NCBI GenBank assembly: GCA_024679065.1 | Contig: JAGIQG010000040.1 | Location: 8,804,001 to 8,868,000, forward strand | Source: Sphyrna mokarran | Taxonomy: Eukaryota | Direction: 5' to 3' | DNA length: 64,000 nucleotides | Shown: positions 37,549 through 49,698 of the stretch, piece after piece | Layout: every line of letters starts with the position of its first letter | Numbering within the stretch: the first letter of the stretch is position 1 | Made by a program: the position numbers and the translations under genes | Notes under the pieces: model-generated | Told to the model about the DNA's origin: nothing | Databases searched by the model: none | What the model saw: only the letters and a program-made list of their open reading frames with translations

Positions 37549-38064
37549 CTGTCAGGAAGGAAATAAAGAATAAAATCAGACCTGATTCAGGGAAGGAAGT
37601 TACTATTTAGACTGCAGATGGAACAATTAAAAAATGTGCACACACACTGAATCACTTAAATCTTTTTTTTATGATCCAGTATGTCTTTTGGAGTATGAGA
37701 AGAAAGTGGAACATTTGGAGGAAACTCACGCATACATGGGGGGAAGGTCCAAACTCGATACAGATGATGACTTGAACCTGGAATTGAACCCAGGTTCCTG
37801 CTGCTGTCAATCAGCAATTCTAACTATTGTACCACCAAGTTGCTCCATGCGAGGGACAAAATGGTATACATTTTGGAAAGAGTTTTCCGGGGGTCCTCAA
37901 AATTGACCCTCACTGAGCTGCAGGTAAATAGTCTCTCTACTTGTGGGCGATTTGGGGAGTGAGAAGGTTGTGGGGGTAATCCTGACAGAAAATTCAGAGT
38001 GGAGTCCTGTAGGTGGCAATCTGTTACCCTTCAAACAGCTTCAGCAGAGCTGGTAACAAACAAT

Positions 38065-40422
38065 GCTAGAACATAGAACATTACAGTGCAGAATAGCCTC
38101 TTTAGCCCTCGATGTTGTGTCGATCAGTGGAACCAATCTAATGATCATCTAACCTAAACTGTTCCAGTGTTATCCATATGCCTGTCAAATGACCATTTAA
38201 ACGCCCTTAAAGTTGGCGAGTCCACAACTGCTGCAGGCATAGCATTCCACACCCTTACTACACTCTGAGTAGAGAATCTATCTCTGACATCCGTCCTAGA
38301 ATTATCATCCCTCAATTTAAAGCTTTGTCCCCTCATGTTAGCCATCACAATCTGAGGAAAAAGGCGCTAACTGTCCACCCTATCTAATTGTCTGATCATT
38401 TTGTATGCCTCAATTAGGTCACCTCTAAACCTTCTTCTCTCTGACGAAAACAACTTCAATTCCCTCAGCTTTTCCTCATAAGACCTTCCCACTATACTAG
38501 GCAGTGTCCTGGTAAACCTGCTCTGCACTCTTTCCAATGCATTCCAAAATGTGGTTCCTATTTTCAAGAAAGGGAATAGGGATAGCCCGGGAAGTTATCG
38601 ACCGGTGAGACTAACGTCAGTGGTCGGTAAGTTGATGGAGAAGATGTTGAGGGACAGGATTTATGAACATCTAAAGAAGTTTAGTGTGATCAGAAATAGT
38701 CAGCATGGTTTTGCCAAGGGAAGGTCGTGCCTTACAAGCCTAGTTGAGTTCTTTGAAAATGCGACTAAACACATTGATGAAGGAAGAGCAGTGGATGTGG
38801 TTTACATGGACTTCAGCAAGATGTTTGATAAGGTCCCCCATGCAAGATTTCTTGAAAAGGTGAGAGGGTATGGGATCCAAGCGGCTGTTGCCTTGTAGAT
38901 CCAGAACTGGCTTGCCTGCAGAAGGTAAAGTGTGGTTGTGGATGGGTCTTTTTCTGCATGGAGGTCAGTCACCACTGGATTGCAGCAGGGATCTGTTCTG
39001 GGACGCTTGCTGTTTGTCATTTTCAAAATTGACCTGGATGAGGAAGTGAAGTGATGAGTTAGTAAGTTTGCTGACAACACAAGGGTTGGTGGTGTTGTGA
39101 ATAGTTTGGAGGGATGTCAGAAGGTGCAGCGAGACATAGATAGGATGCAAGACTCGGCAGAGAAGTGGCAGATGGATTTCAACGCGGATAAATGTGTGGT
39201 GGTCCATTTTGGCAGGACCAATGGAATGAAGGAGTATGATATCAAGGGTAGGAGTCTTGGCAGTGTTGAGCAAAAAGACGTTGGGGTTCAGGTGCATAGG
39301 ACTCTTAAATCGGTCTCGCAGATGGAGGATGTGGTCAAGAAGGAGTATACTGTCCTAGCCTTCATTAATCGAGGGATTGAGTTTAGTCATCGGGATAATA
39401 ATGCTGCAATTTCATAAGACCCTTGTTGGACCCCACTTGGAGTACTGTGCGCAGTTCTGGTCGCCTCATTACAAGAAGGACATGGAAGCTACTGAGAGGG
39501 TGCAGAGGAGATTTACAAGGATGTTGCCTGGATTGGGGACATGCCTTATGAAGATAGGTTGAGAGAGCTAGGTCTCTTCTCCCTGGAGAGACCAAGGTTG
39601 AGAGGCCACCTGATAGAGGTATATAAGATGTTGAGAGGAATTGATAGGGTGAATTCTCGGAGCCTATTTCCCAGGGCTGAAATGGTGGCTACAAGAGGAC
39701 ACAGGTTTAAGGTGCAGGGGGGCAAGTACAGAGGAGATGCCAGGGATAAGTTTTTCACTCACAGTGGTAAGTCAGTGGAATCAGCCGACGTCGGTGGTGG
39801 TAGAGGCGAACCCTCAGGGGTCTTTTAAGAGATTTCTGGATGAGTAATCATTGAGGGTTATAAATTGGGATTGAGGGTTATAAATAGGCCTGATAGTTAT
39901 GGATATGATTGGCACAACTTCTGGACAGGAAGGCCTCTTTGTGCTGTAATGTTCTATATTCTATTTTTCTTATAATGCAGCGACCAGAACTGTACACAAC
40001 ACTCCAAGTGTGGCCGCACCAGAGGTTTATACAGTTGCAACATGATTTCATGGCTCCGAAATTCAATCCCTCTACCAATAAAAGCTAACATACTGTTCGC
40101 CTTCTTAATAACCTTATCAACCTGGATGCTGGCTTCACTCTTTCCTCTGCTAGCACGAGGGGACACAGCTTTAAATTAAGGGGTGATAGTTATAGGGCGG
40201 ATATCAGAGGTAGGTTCTTTACCCAAAGGGTGGTTCGGGAGTGGAATGCCCTGCCTGCAGCAGTTGTAGATGCGCCAAGTTGGTGGCGTTTAAGAGGTTA
40301 GTTGATAAGTATATGGAAGAGAAGGGAATGGTTTAGTTTGGAGGGGCATTGCTTTTTATGTTGGTCGGCACAACATCGAAGGACCTGTTCTGTGTTGTAA
40401 TGTTCTATGTTCTATGTTCTAT
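38065..40422. mobile_element. CR1 cluster in the GPCR intron: - 38065-38548, + 38549-39960, - 39960-40135, + 40140-40422
   Basis: RT motifs with many stops and several (GTTCTAT)n tails in both orientations. Confidence 0.92.
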
Positions 40423-40849
40423 GGACACTACCAGCAGTTGGCAGAGAGAGGTTCTAATGCCTCGACAACTCAGAATCTCTATTATATTTACAAAGAATGT
40501 ACCCTGGAGGGGAAACCCACAACATTGCGACCTCCGTTCGCACAATATAAGGAAAAATAGTAATCTCTCACTGGAATGGCACAGAACACAACTACCAACG
40601 TTTGCTTTCAAAGCCTCAGGGTTCAGTGTATAGCTACTGTCCATAGTGCTCAGTATATTTGCTGCTGCCCCATCATGAACTGCTGAACAAAGGAAGCTCA
40701 GTGAATCTTCTCTCAGTCGGAAAATTCCTCGTCTGTGCACCAGGTTAAAAAACTCAAACCAAGGCCGCTGCCAAAGGAAAAAAAATCAAGCAGCCTGCCT
40801 TAATGACTATTGTCCAGTGATACATATGTCAATATTATGCAATGCATCA

Positions 40850-41330
40850 GAAGGTTAATTATGGCACGAATCATTTCCAGATTCCCAGATTGCCTGGATC
40901 CATAACGGTTCATGTATCTCTGAAACAGGTCCACAGATGTCATCGCCCTGGTGCAACAGTCAACACAGTAACACTGACTCCTATTTATCGATTGCACATT
41001 AGCCTTTAAAACCATTATTCCAATGAAACTCGAGCACAAAGTCAGGAACTAAACTCCTCCCTCTGCAATTTTATCCTGACAGTCAGCAATAAATAAGGAC
41101 AGTCAAAACACCTCCTCCATAATCATCTTCATAAGCGGTGCCCCGCAACACTGTGCCCTCATCCCTTACTATACTGCTTAGATACCGATGACTCCATGGC
41201 CAAATTCCCCTCCAACTTGATATCCAAGTTTGCTGACGACACCATTGCAGTGGGTCAGATCTCAAACAATGATGATACCAAGAACAGGGAAGAGATGGAG
41301 AATCTGGTGAACTGGTGGGACCACAATAAC
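40850..41330 (+). mobile_element. Rex1/Babar-type LINE RT fragment
   Basis: [37 protein letters not shown], with upstream LFIDC..AFKTIIP and GAPQ..L.PLL remnants. Confidence 0.8.
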
Positions 41331-42092
41331 TGGGAAGTGATGGGTTTGGACTGGTTGGGTTGGCAGGGATCAGGTTATGGGAGGGGCAGGTTTGAGAGGG
41401 ATGTTAGAACGGAACCAATGTAACAACCAAAGGAATTATATTAGGTGTGTTACAGTGACCCCAGCTGTAATCTGTCTAACCAATGAAAAAATGATGTGGT
41501 TGTCAGCTGACTCAATGTAAGTAAGGAGGTACTGGGGTTTGTGGGAGCTTGGCATGGCCTAGGGTAAGACCTCGAGTGTTGGAGTTCCTTTACTAAAGCT
41601 TTTGTTTGCTTTACATGTTGGAGTAAGTTTTGTTTCATTTTATTGCTAAGAACTGAAGAATCCCTTCTGCCGGATGCACATTGAATACCGAGGGGTGGGG
41701 ATGGGAGGAGGGGTGGGGGCAAAAGCGTGTGGGTCTGTTCCATATGCGGCACCTTTAAAATAAAACCCAACGTTACAAGAGGTTCCTCCCTCCTATTTTT
41801 CAGAGTAACTCTGATCTGATGTAAGTCATTGAAATCTGTATCCCAGATGCGAACAGGCACAGCACAATTCTCCAGTGGAATAGGCCTCCTGGATAATTGC
41901 CAGGTAGATACTTAAATCTCAGCGACACAGCAAGTACGATATAACCCAGCTCCCCTTCTCATTACCAAACAGCCCACAACCCCCTCCCCCACGAACCGTT
42001 CCCCCAGCCCAGGCTCCAATCCATTACTATTCAAAACTCTGTCTCCTCAAATTTATCAAATCCCAGCATCCAAAGTACTCCGACGTAATGAC

Positions 42093-43144
42093 GTAGAGTA
42101 CAAGAGCTGGCCTTTAATGTTGCAGTTGTATAAAACGCTGGTTAGACATCATTTGGAATAGTGCGTCCAGTTCTGGCCGCCTTATTACCGGAAGGATGTG
42201 GAGACTCTGGAGAGGGTGCAGAGGAGTTTTCCATACATGCCTGGTATGGAAGGTCTGAATTATGAGGAGAGATTAGGCAAATTGGGACTGTTTTCCTTAG
42301 AAAGACGTAGACTTAGAGGAGATCTGATAGAGGTATACAAGATTTTGAAGGGGATTGATAGAGTAAACAGGGTTAAGCTTTTTCCTAGGATGGACTCAAA
42401 TAGCACGAGGGGTCACGGGCTTAGGGTGAGGGGGGTAAGGTATAATTTGGATGCTAGAGGGAGTTTTTTTCACACAGAGGGCGGTGGGGGTATGGAATGC
42501 GCTGGCAAGTAAAGTGGTGGAGGCAGGTACTCTGGAGTTATTTAAGAAATACTCAGATGGGCACATGAACAGAATGGGAATGGAGGGGTATAGAAAACTG
42601 ATTTAAAATAGGGATCATGAGCCTTGGGAGTCCCTGGGAAGTGTGTAAATAGATGATGATATTGATGTACTTGTTTTTATCCTACAGGTGCTTTGGTCCA
42701 CCTTGTTGTCTAACGAGGGGCATACACGCGATGGGTCGTGAGAGGACTGCTCTTGGACCTTTTGAGAGTATCCTACTGCTTCACATCGTTAGTGTATGCA
42801 TGACCTGGACCATCTGATGGGCAACACGACAGTTCAGCTATCGCTGTGCTGTGCAGATACATGGATTTGAGCCTGTGTCTGTGGGAGTTTGCGCATTCTC
42901 CCCGTGCTTGCGTGGGTTTTCTCCGGGTGCTCCGGTTTCCTCCCACATCCCAAAGATGTGCTCTTAGGCTAGTTGGCAAAACAAATTCTCCCTAAATTGT
43001 CTCAGATTTGGTTTTTAATCCATAGATCTATAAACATAGACAGGGATCGCGGGTAGAGATGGGAACATGGGGGTGGCGGCGCGGGCTCGTTGGGCTGAAG
43101 GGCCTGTTTCCCGTGCTGTTTTGTTCTTTGTTCTTTGTTCTTTG
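42093..43144 (+). mobile_element. CR1 with long composite 3' UTR containing a V-SINE body (copy 1)
   Basis: ORF2 end, unique spacer, V-domain at about 42875-42965, (GTTCTTT)n tail. Confidence 0.9.
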
Positions 43145-43429
43145 AATTCAACTGCTTCGCCACCCATTAAGAGAAGTAATTTCTCCCCATATCTGTCTTA
43201 AATCTGACGATTTCAGGCAATCGGGCCCTGCTTCTGGTTGTACTCCTGGCTCCAAAACTGATGGATCTGCCCTGAAGGCAGATGAGCTTTTTTTAAAATA
43301 TAATCCTAATTACCTATCAACAATCCTGGATTCAGATTGGCTTGAGGTTGTCAACAACAATAACTTGAAATAGGTCCCTTTTAGCTGAGTATTTTATTTA
43401 AACTCATGGGCTGGCACAACGCAAAACCA

Positions 43430-44250
43430 TGATTTGGAGATGCTGGCATTGGACTGGGGTAAGCACAGTAAGAAATCTCACAGCACCAGGTTAAAGTCCA
43501 ACAGGTTTATTTGGCAGCACAGCTTCTGGAACGCTTTCATCTGGTGAGTGGACGTTCTGTTCACAAGCAGGGCATATAAATATACAAACTTAATTTACAA
43601 AATAATGGTTGGAATGCGAGTCTTTAGAGATAATCAAGTCTTAAAGATACAGACAATGCGAGTGGAGAGATGGCCAAACACAGGTTGAAGTGCGTATTGT
43701 CTCTAGACAGGACAGTTAGTGGGATTTTGCAAACCCAGGATTTTTGATCACTGGGAGTGTCCTCTTCCAGTTCGAGAATACTTCACCAGTCACGAGTATT
43801 CAGCCTCTGATCTTCAGGTAAGCATTATCAAAGACGACCTTCAAAATACACGACAGTACAGCATCGCTGTACAGAAGCTGATAGTAAGTTCCGCACACAT
43901 GAGGGCGGTTTCAACCGGGACCTTGTGTTGATGTTACATTATCTGTAACTTTCACGACTTGCCTAGGCTTGCAAAATTTCAATGACTGCCCTGATATGAG
44001 ACAATAGACACTTCTTTAACTTATGCTTAACCGTCTCTCCACTCATATTGTCTGCACCTTTAAGACACTTGATTACCTGTAAAGACTCACATTCCCACCA
44101 TTATTTTGTTAAGTGAATTTGTGTCTTTATGTGCCCTGCTTGTGAACACAGTTCCTCACTCGCCTAAAGAAGTAGCAACATTCCAGAACCTCATACTACC
44201 AAATAAACCTGTTGGACTTTAACCTGGTGTTATGAGAATTCTTACAGTGC
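43430..44250 (+). mobile_element. 5'-truncated Penelope-like element: inverted terminal repeats around a GIY-YIG endonuclease C-terminal remnant
   Basis: About 43455-43740 is the reverse complement of about 43960-44250. The centre encodes PVREYFTSHEYSASDLQVSII..LQNTRQ..QKLI and FRTHEGGFNRDL. Confidence 0.85.
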
Positions 44251-44647
44251 TGATTGCAATGCAAAACCTGCAGTGCCAGTTACCAGGCAACCCCTATGCT
44301 TTTGGCCTTTGAAATAAGTGTTGCAACATAGAGGGTTTGCACATTCTGCAATTTAAACATCTTAGCGTCAAATTAAAACGGATTTTTTTAAAAAAAGGGA
44401 TCACACACACGTTCCCCACTTCTACAGGTTTTCACAATTCTTTTATATCTCTCTAACATCTATTACATCTTTACAAACTCAAATTCACAACACAGGCAGC
44501 ATTGGCATAGTGATCAGCGCTTTGTAGATGCGATTACTTGACAAGGACGCAGAACACATGCAACAGTCACAAACAAGGTAAAGCAGATGGCAAGAGTGGC
44601 AGAGTTAAACACAAGCTTCAACATTAATAACCAGTGAATATACTTAC

Positions 44648-44863
44648 CAGGCACACCAACAACAGCCAGGATTGGATAGTAGAAGTATCAAATCAATTTC
44701 AGTGCATATTCAACTCCTTAGCTGTCGACAGCCAATCTTGAGAAAGCACGTAAAATGTCGAGTATAAATTCCTCCCAATTGCTGTAACATTCAGATCTGT
44801 GTCCCTCAGATGCTGATCCAATTTGGGAACATTCAGATTTACCTTTCCTCTATTCAGATCCAT
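44648..44863 (-). pseudogene. Exon 1 of the GPR139-like GPCR, disabled by frameshift and nonsense codon
   Basis: The ATG frame MDLNRGKVNLNVPKLDQHLRDTDLNVTAIGRNLYSTFYVLSQDWLSTAKELNMH* stops at about 44700. The TM1 frame reads EYALKLI*YFYYPILAVVGVP G|GTAAGT, and its phase 1 matches exon 2. Confidence 0.85.
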
Positions 44864-45369
44864 TGCCAAAAGCTTGCAATTTCTTTCTCAAATGTTGATC
44901 CCTTGACTCCCTTTCTGTGGAGATGCTTACACCGTTACACTCCAACTGACACCATGCGTAACACTGGAAGGCTTCCTTTATGAAGCATGGATGGGAATGC
45001 TCCTGAGACACGATGAGTACGAGCGGAATTAATTCCGACATTAATTACAGTCATTGAACAAACGTGTTATTTCCCATCCAAAATATTTCATGTAAATGCA
45101 TTGCAAAAAAAAAAGTCTGGGTCTGTTTAAGAGTTCCTGACGGTAGGAATTTTGGAAATATCAGAAGGGCTGACCAGTATCTTTCATTCCTGCTGGGAGG
45201 TGGGATTGTGACCAAAAAAAGTGCAAAAGTTCCTCCAACCTCTTCGTAAAGGGAGAACATTTTAAACCTGGAAATATAGACCTGTCGCCATCCTATCAGT
45301 GAAAAAATTGGGGAATGTCTGAACCCAAAATGTAGAAGAAAATAACTTATGACCTCTAACACCATGGAT

Positions 45370-47150
45370 GGGTCCGTTGTGATTTGTCATTTATATAAAT
45401 GATTTGGATGAGAATTTAAAAGGCATGGTTAATAAGATTGCAGATGAACCAAGATTGGTGGCATAGTGGACAGTGAAAAATGTTATCTCGGATTGTAACG
45501 GAATCTTAATCAATTGGGCCAATGGATTGATGAATGGCAGATGGAGTTTAATTTAGATAAATGCAAGATGATGCATTTGATCGATCGAACCAGGGAAGCA
45601 GTTACTCAGTTAATGCTGAGTTACTGGGGACAAAAACATCTGGGGTGGGGGGGGGGGAGGTTTGGGTTCATGGATTCTTGAAAGTGGAGTCAAAGGTGGA
45701 CAAAGTTGTGTGGAATACCTTTGGCATGCTTGATTTCATTGGCCAGAATAGTGAATGAAGGAGTTAGGGCATCTTGTTAAAGTTGTACAAGACATTGGTA
45801 AGGTCATACTTGGAATATCATGTTAGCCCAGGCAGACCCTGAGCTGCAGGTGTGAGCAGACCCCTTTGAAGTCCTCTGACAGATAGAGGGGATTAATTTG
45901 ACTTAGCTGAGCGGGGGAATGATTTCAGGTGACTGAGGGAGATAGAGGGCAGTAGGGCGACCTCTTCTACCTCATAACGTCAGGGACCCAGGTTCAATTC
46001 CAACCTCAGGTCACTATCGTTATGGAGTTTGCACATTCTCCATGTCTGCATGTGGTTTCTCCTGGTACTCCAGTCTCCTCCGACACTCAAAGTTGTGTTC
46101 GTTTGGTGAATTGGCCATACTATATTAACTCTTGTGTAAGGGGAATTAACAGGGATAATATGTGGTAATGCAGCTTCGATGGACTGAATGGCCTCCTTCT
46201 GCACTGTAAGGATTTTATGATTACATGATTGGTGCAGAAAAGCGTAGCTATGAGGAGAGATTGGTTAGGGTTGGGATTACTTTCCTTGGAACAAAGACGA
46301 TTGGACAATGACTTGATTTAAGTGTACGAAATTATGAGGGTAAGATATAGAATGGACAGGGTTAAAACTTTTCCCTCGCTGGAGAAATCCAGAACCAAGG
46401 GACATGGGGGAACATGAAACATTGTTGTTGTCCAGATTCACTATCTTATTTGCTGGCAGAGCCAGAGACCTTAAACTCTGTTAAAAGTGTCTGGATCTAT
46501 AGATTATTATCTGAATGGCTTTATACTAAGAGAGGGGTGTGTGCAATGAGACTTGGGTGTCCTCATACACCAGTCACTAAACGTAAGTATGCAGGTGCAA
46601 CAGGCAGTAAAGAAGGCAAATGGAATGTGAACCTTCATAGCGAAAAGTTTCGAATGCAGGAGCAGGAATATCTTCCTGCAATTAGACAGGGTCCTGGTGA
46701 GGCCATACCTGGAGTACTGTGTGCAGCTTTTTTCTCATTATGTGAGGAAGGATTTTCTCGCTTTGGGGGGGGGGGGGGGGGCGGAGGGTGCAGAGAAGGT
46801 TTACCAGACAGATGACTGGGATGACAGGTTTGACGAATGAGGAGAAATTGAGACTGTTAAGATTGTATTTGCTGGAGTTCAGAAGAATGAATCAGAGGAA
46901 GAAGGTAGGGTGGAATTTCATAGAAACCTATTAAATTCTAACAGGGTCAGACAAGGTAGATTCAGAAAGAATGGTGGGGGAGTTCAGAAGTAGACTGATG
47001 ATAAGGAGTAGACAGTTTGGAAGAGGGATAAGGAGAAATTTCTTCACCCAGAGAATGGACAGCCCAAAGAAGTGGTTGAGGCCAAAATATTGAATGTTTT
47101 CAAGAAGCAGTTCGGTATGGAACTTGGAGCGGAGAGGGCCAAATGTTATG
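45370..47150 (+). mobile_element. Older CR1 fragments with an embedded V-SINE (about 45980-46220)
   Basis: INDLDE..WQMEFN remnants and SINE V-domain GGAGTTTGCACATTCTCC. Confidence 0.8.
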
Positions 47151-47189
47151 GTGGGGAAGGGAGGATCGGGGTGAAGTGGATGACCAAGT

Positions 47190-48770
47190 GGATGAAGTGG
47201 ATGAGGGTTTGAAGTTGGATAAGTCCCCTGGGCCGGACGGGATTTACCCTCGGATTCTCTGGGAGGCAAGAGAGGAGATTGCAGAGCCTCTGGCTCTGAT
47301 CTTCAGGTCCTCGTTGGTTACGGGTGTGGTTCCGGAGGACTGGAGGATAGCGAATGTGGTCCCATTGTTTAAGAAGGGGAAGAGAGACCTTCCAGGGAAT
47401 TACAGGCCAGTGAGTCTTAATTCTGTTGTGGGCAAGGTATTGGAGAGAATTATTAGGGATAGGATTTATAGTTATTTAGAGAGAAATGAATTGATTGGGG
47501 ATAGTCAGCATGGTTTCGTGAAGGGTAGGTCATGCCTTACTAACCTCATTGGGTTTTTTGAGAAAGTGACCAGAGAGGTGGATGGGGGTAAGGCGGTTGA
47601 TGTAGTATATATGGACTTTAGTAAGGCTTTTGATAAGGTGGCCCATGGAAGACTTCTACAGAAAATGCAGATGTGTGGAATAGAGGGTGATTTAGCTATT
47701 GGATTAGAAATTGGCTGGCAGATAGAAGACAGAGGGTGGTGGTTGATGGGAGATATTCATCGTGGAGTTCGGTGACGAGTGGTGTGCATCAGGGGTCTGT
47801 TTTGGGGCCCCTGCTGTTTGTAATTTTTATAAATGATCTGGATGAGGGTATTGAGGGATGGATCAGTAAATTTGCAGATGATACTAAAGGTGGTGGTGTG
47901 GTAGATAGTGAAGAGGGGTGGTTTAGTTTACAGAGTGACTTGGACAAGTTGCAGAGCTGGGCCGAGAGGTGGCAAATGGAGTTTAATGTGGAAAAGTGTG
48001 AGGTAATGCACTTTGGCAGGCACAATAAATGTGTAGAGTATAGGGCTACTGGTAGGGCTCTTAATAGTGTTGAGGAACAGAAGGATCTTGGTGTATGTGT
48101 CAATAGATCCCTGAAAGTAGGCAGTCAAGTGGATAAAGTTGTTAAGAAGGCTTATGGAGTCTTAGCTTTTATTGGTAGGGGGATTGAATTTAGGAGCCGC
48201 AGCATCATGTTGCAGCTGTACAAAACTCTAGTGCGGCCGCAATTGGAGTATTGTGTGCAGTTCTGGTCGCCACATTATAAGAAAGATGGGGAGGCATTGG
48301 AGAGGGTACAGAGGAGGTTTACTAGGATGATGCCTGGTATGGAGGGCAGGTCCTATGAAGAGAGGTTGAAGGATTTGAGGTTGTTTTCGTTAGAAAGGAG
48401 GCGGCTAAGGGGGGATCTTATTGAAACATATAAGATAATTAGAGGTTTGGATAGGGTGGACAGTGATAGCCTTTTTCCTAGGATGGAAGAAGCTAGCACG
48501 AGGGGACACAACTTTAAATTAAGGGGTATGAGTTATAGGACGGATATCAGAGGTAGGTTCTTTACTCAAAGAGTGAGTAGGGAGTGGAATGCCCTGCCTG
48601 CAGCTGTTGTAGATGCGCCAAGTTTGGTGGCGCTTAAGAGGTTAGTTGATAAGTATATGGATGAGAAGGGAATGGTTTAGTTAGGAGGGGCATTGCTTTT
48701 TATTTTTGGTCGGCACAACATCGAAGGCCGAAGGGCCTGTTCTGTGCTGTATTGTTCTATGTTCTATGTT
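47190..48770 (+). mobile_element. Young CR1 LINE ORF2 (RT), 5'-truncated, one frameshift
   Basis: KSPGPDG to DKYMDEKGMV* and tail. Confidence 0.97.
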
Positions 48771-49246
48771 AACCATGAAAAGAATGAATGGGGGAGCAGG
48801 CTGGAAGGGCCGAATGACCTCGTCCTACTTCTAGTTTCGAATGTTTGTACGGGCTAGGTGCAAAAATCTGAGATTACAGTGTGTACTTGGGTATCCATGG
48901 GCCAGCATGAGCAAAATTGGCTGAATACCCACTTGAAGCTTAATGGAACCAAAACTACAATGTGTGTTATATGTAGACCACGCAGCAGTATCCCACAAGT
49001 GCTAGATGGGGTAAATGCTGAAATTAGACAACTGTGTAATCAAATCAGAGTGAGCATGGATGGATATTAATCCGAATGTAGTCTGGAGAAGACAGACAAG
49101 TACCTGTCAGGAAGATTTTATGGAGTAAGTGCGGAATCGCCTCTTATGGCAGCATGTCAAGGATGCAACAAGGGATCAAACATTACTGGATCTAATACTG
49201 AGCAATGAAACTGCTATAATTCCTGACCTAGATGTTTGAGAGCACT

Positions 49247-49698
49247 TAGAACATAGAACATAGAACACTACAGCACAGAACAGGCCCTTCGGCCTTCGAT
49301 GTTGTGCCGACCAAAATAAAAAGCAATGCCCCTCCAAACTAAACCATTCCCTTCTCTTCCAGATACTTATCAATTAACCTCTTAAACGCCACCAAACTTG
49401 GCGCATCTACAACAGCTGCAGGCAGGGCATTCCACTCCCTAATCACTCTTTGAGTAAAGAAACTCCCTCTGATATCCGTCCTATAACTCATACCCCTTAA
49501 TTTAAAGCTGTGTCCCCTCGTGCTAGCTTTCTCAATCCTAGGAAAAAGGCTATCACTGTCCACCCTATCTAAACCTCTAATCATCTTATATGCTTCAATA
49601 AGATCCCCTCTTAGCCGCCTCCTTTCTAACGAAAACAACCTCAAATCCTTCAACCTCTCTTCGTAGGACCTGCCCTCCATACCAGGCAACATCCTGGT
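49247..49698 (-). mobile_element. Young CR1 3' end
   Basis: [23 protein letters not shown] and tail. Confidence 0.96.
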
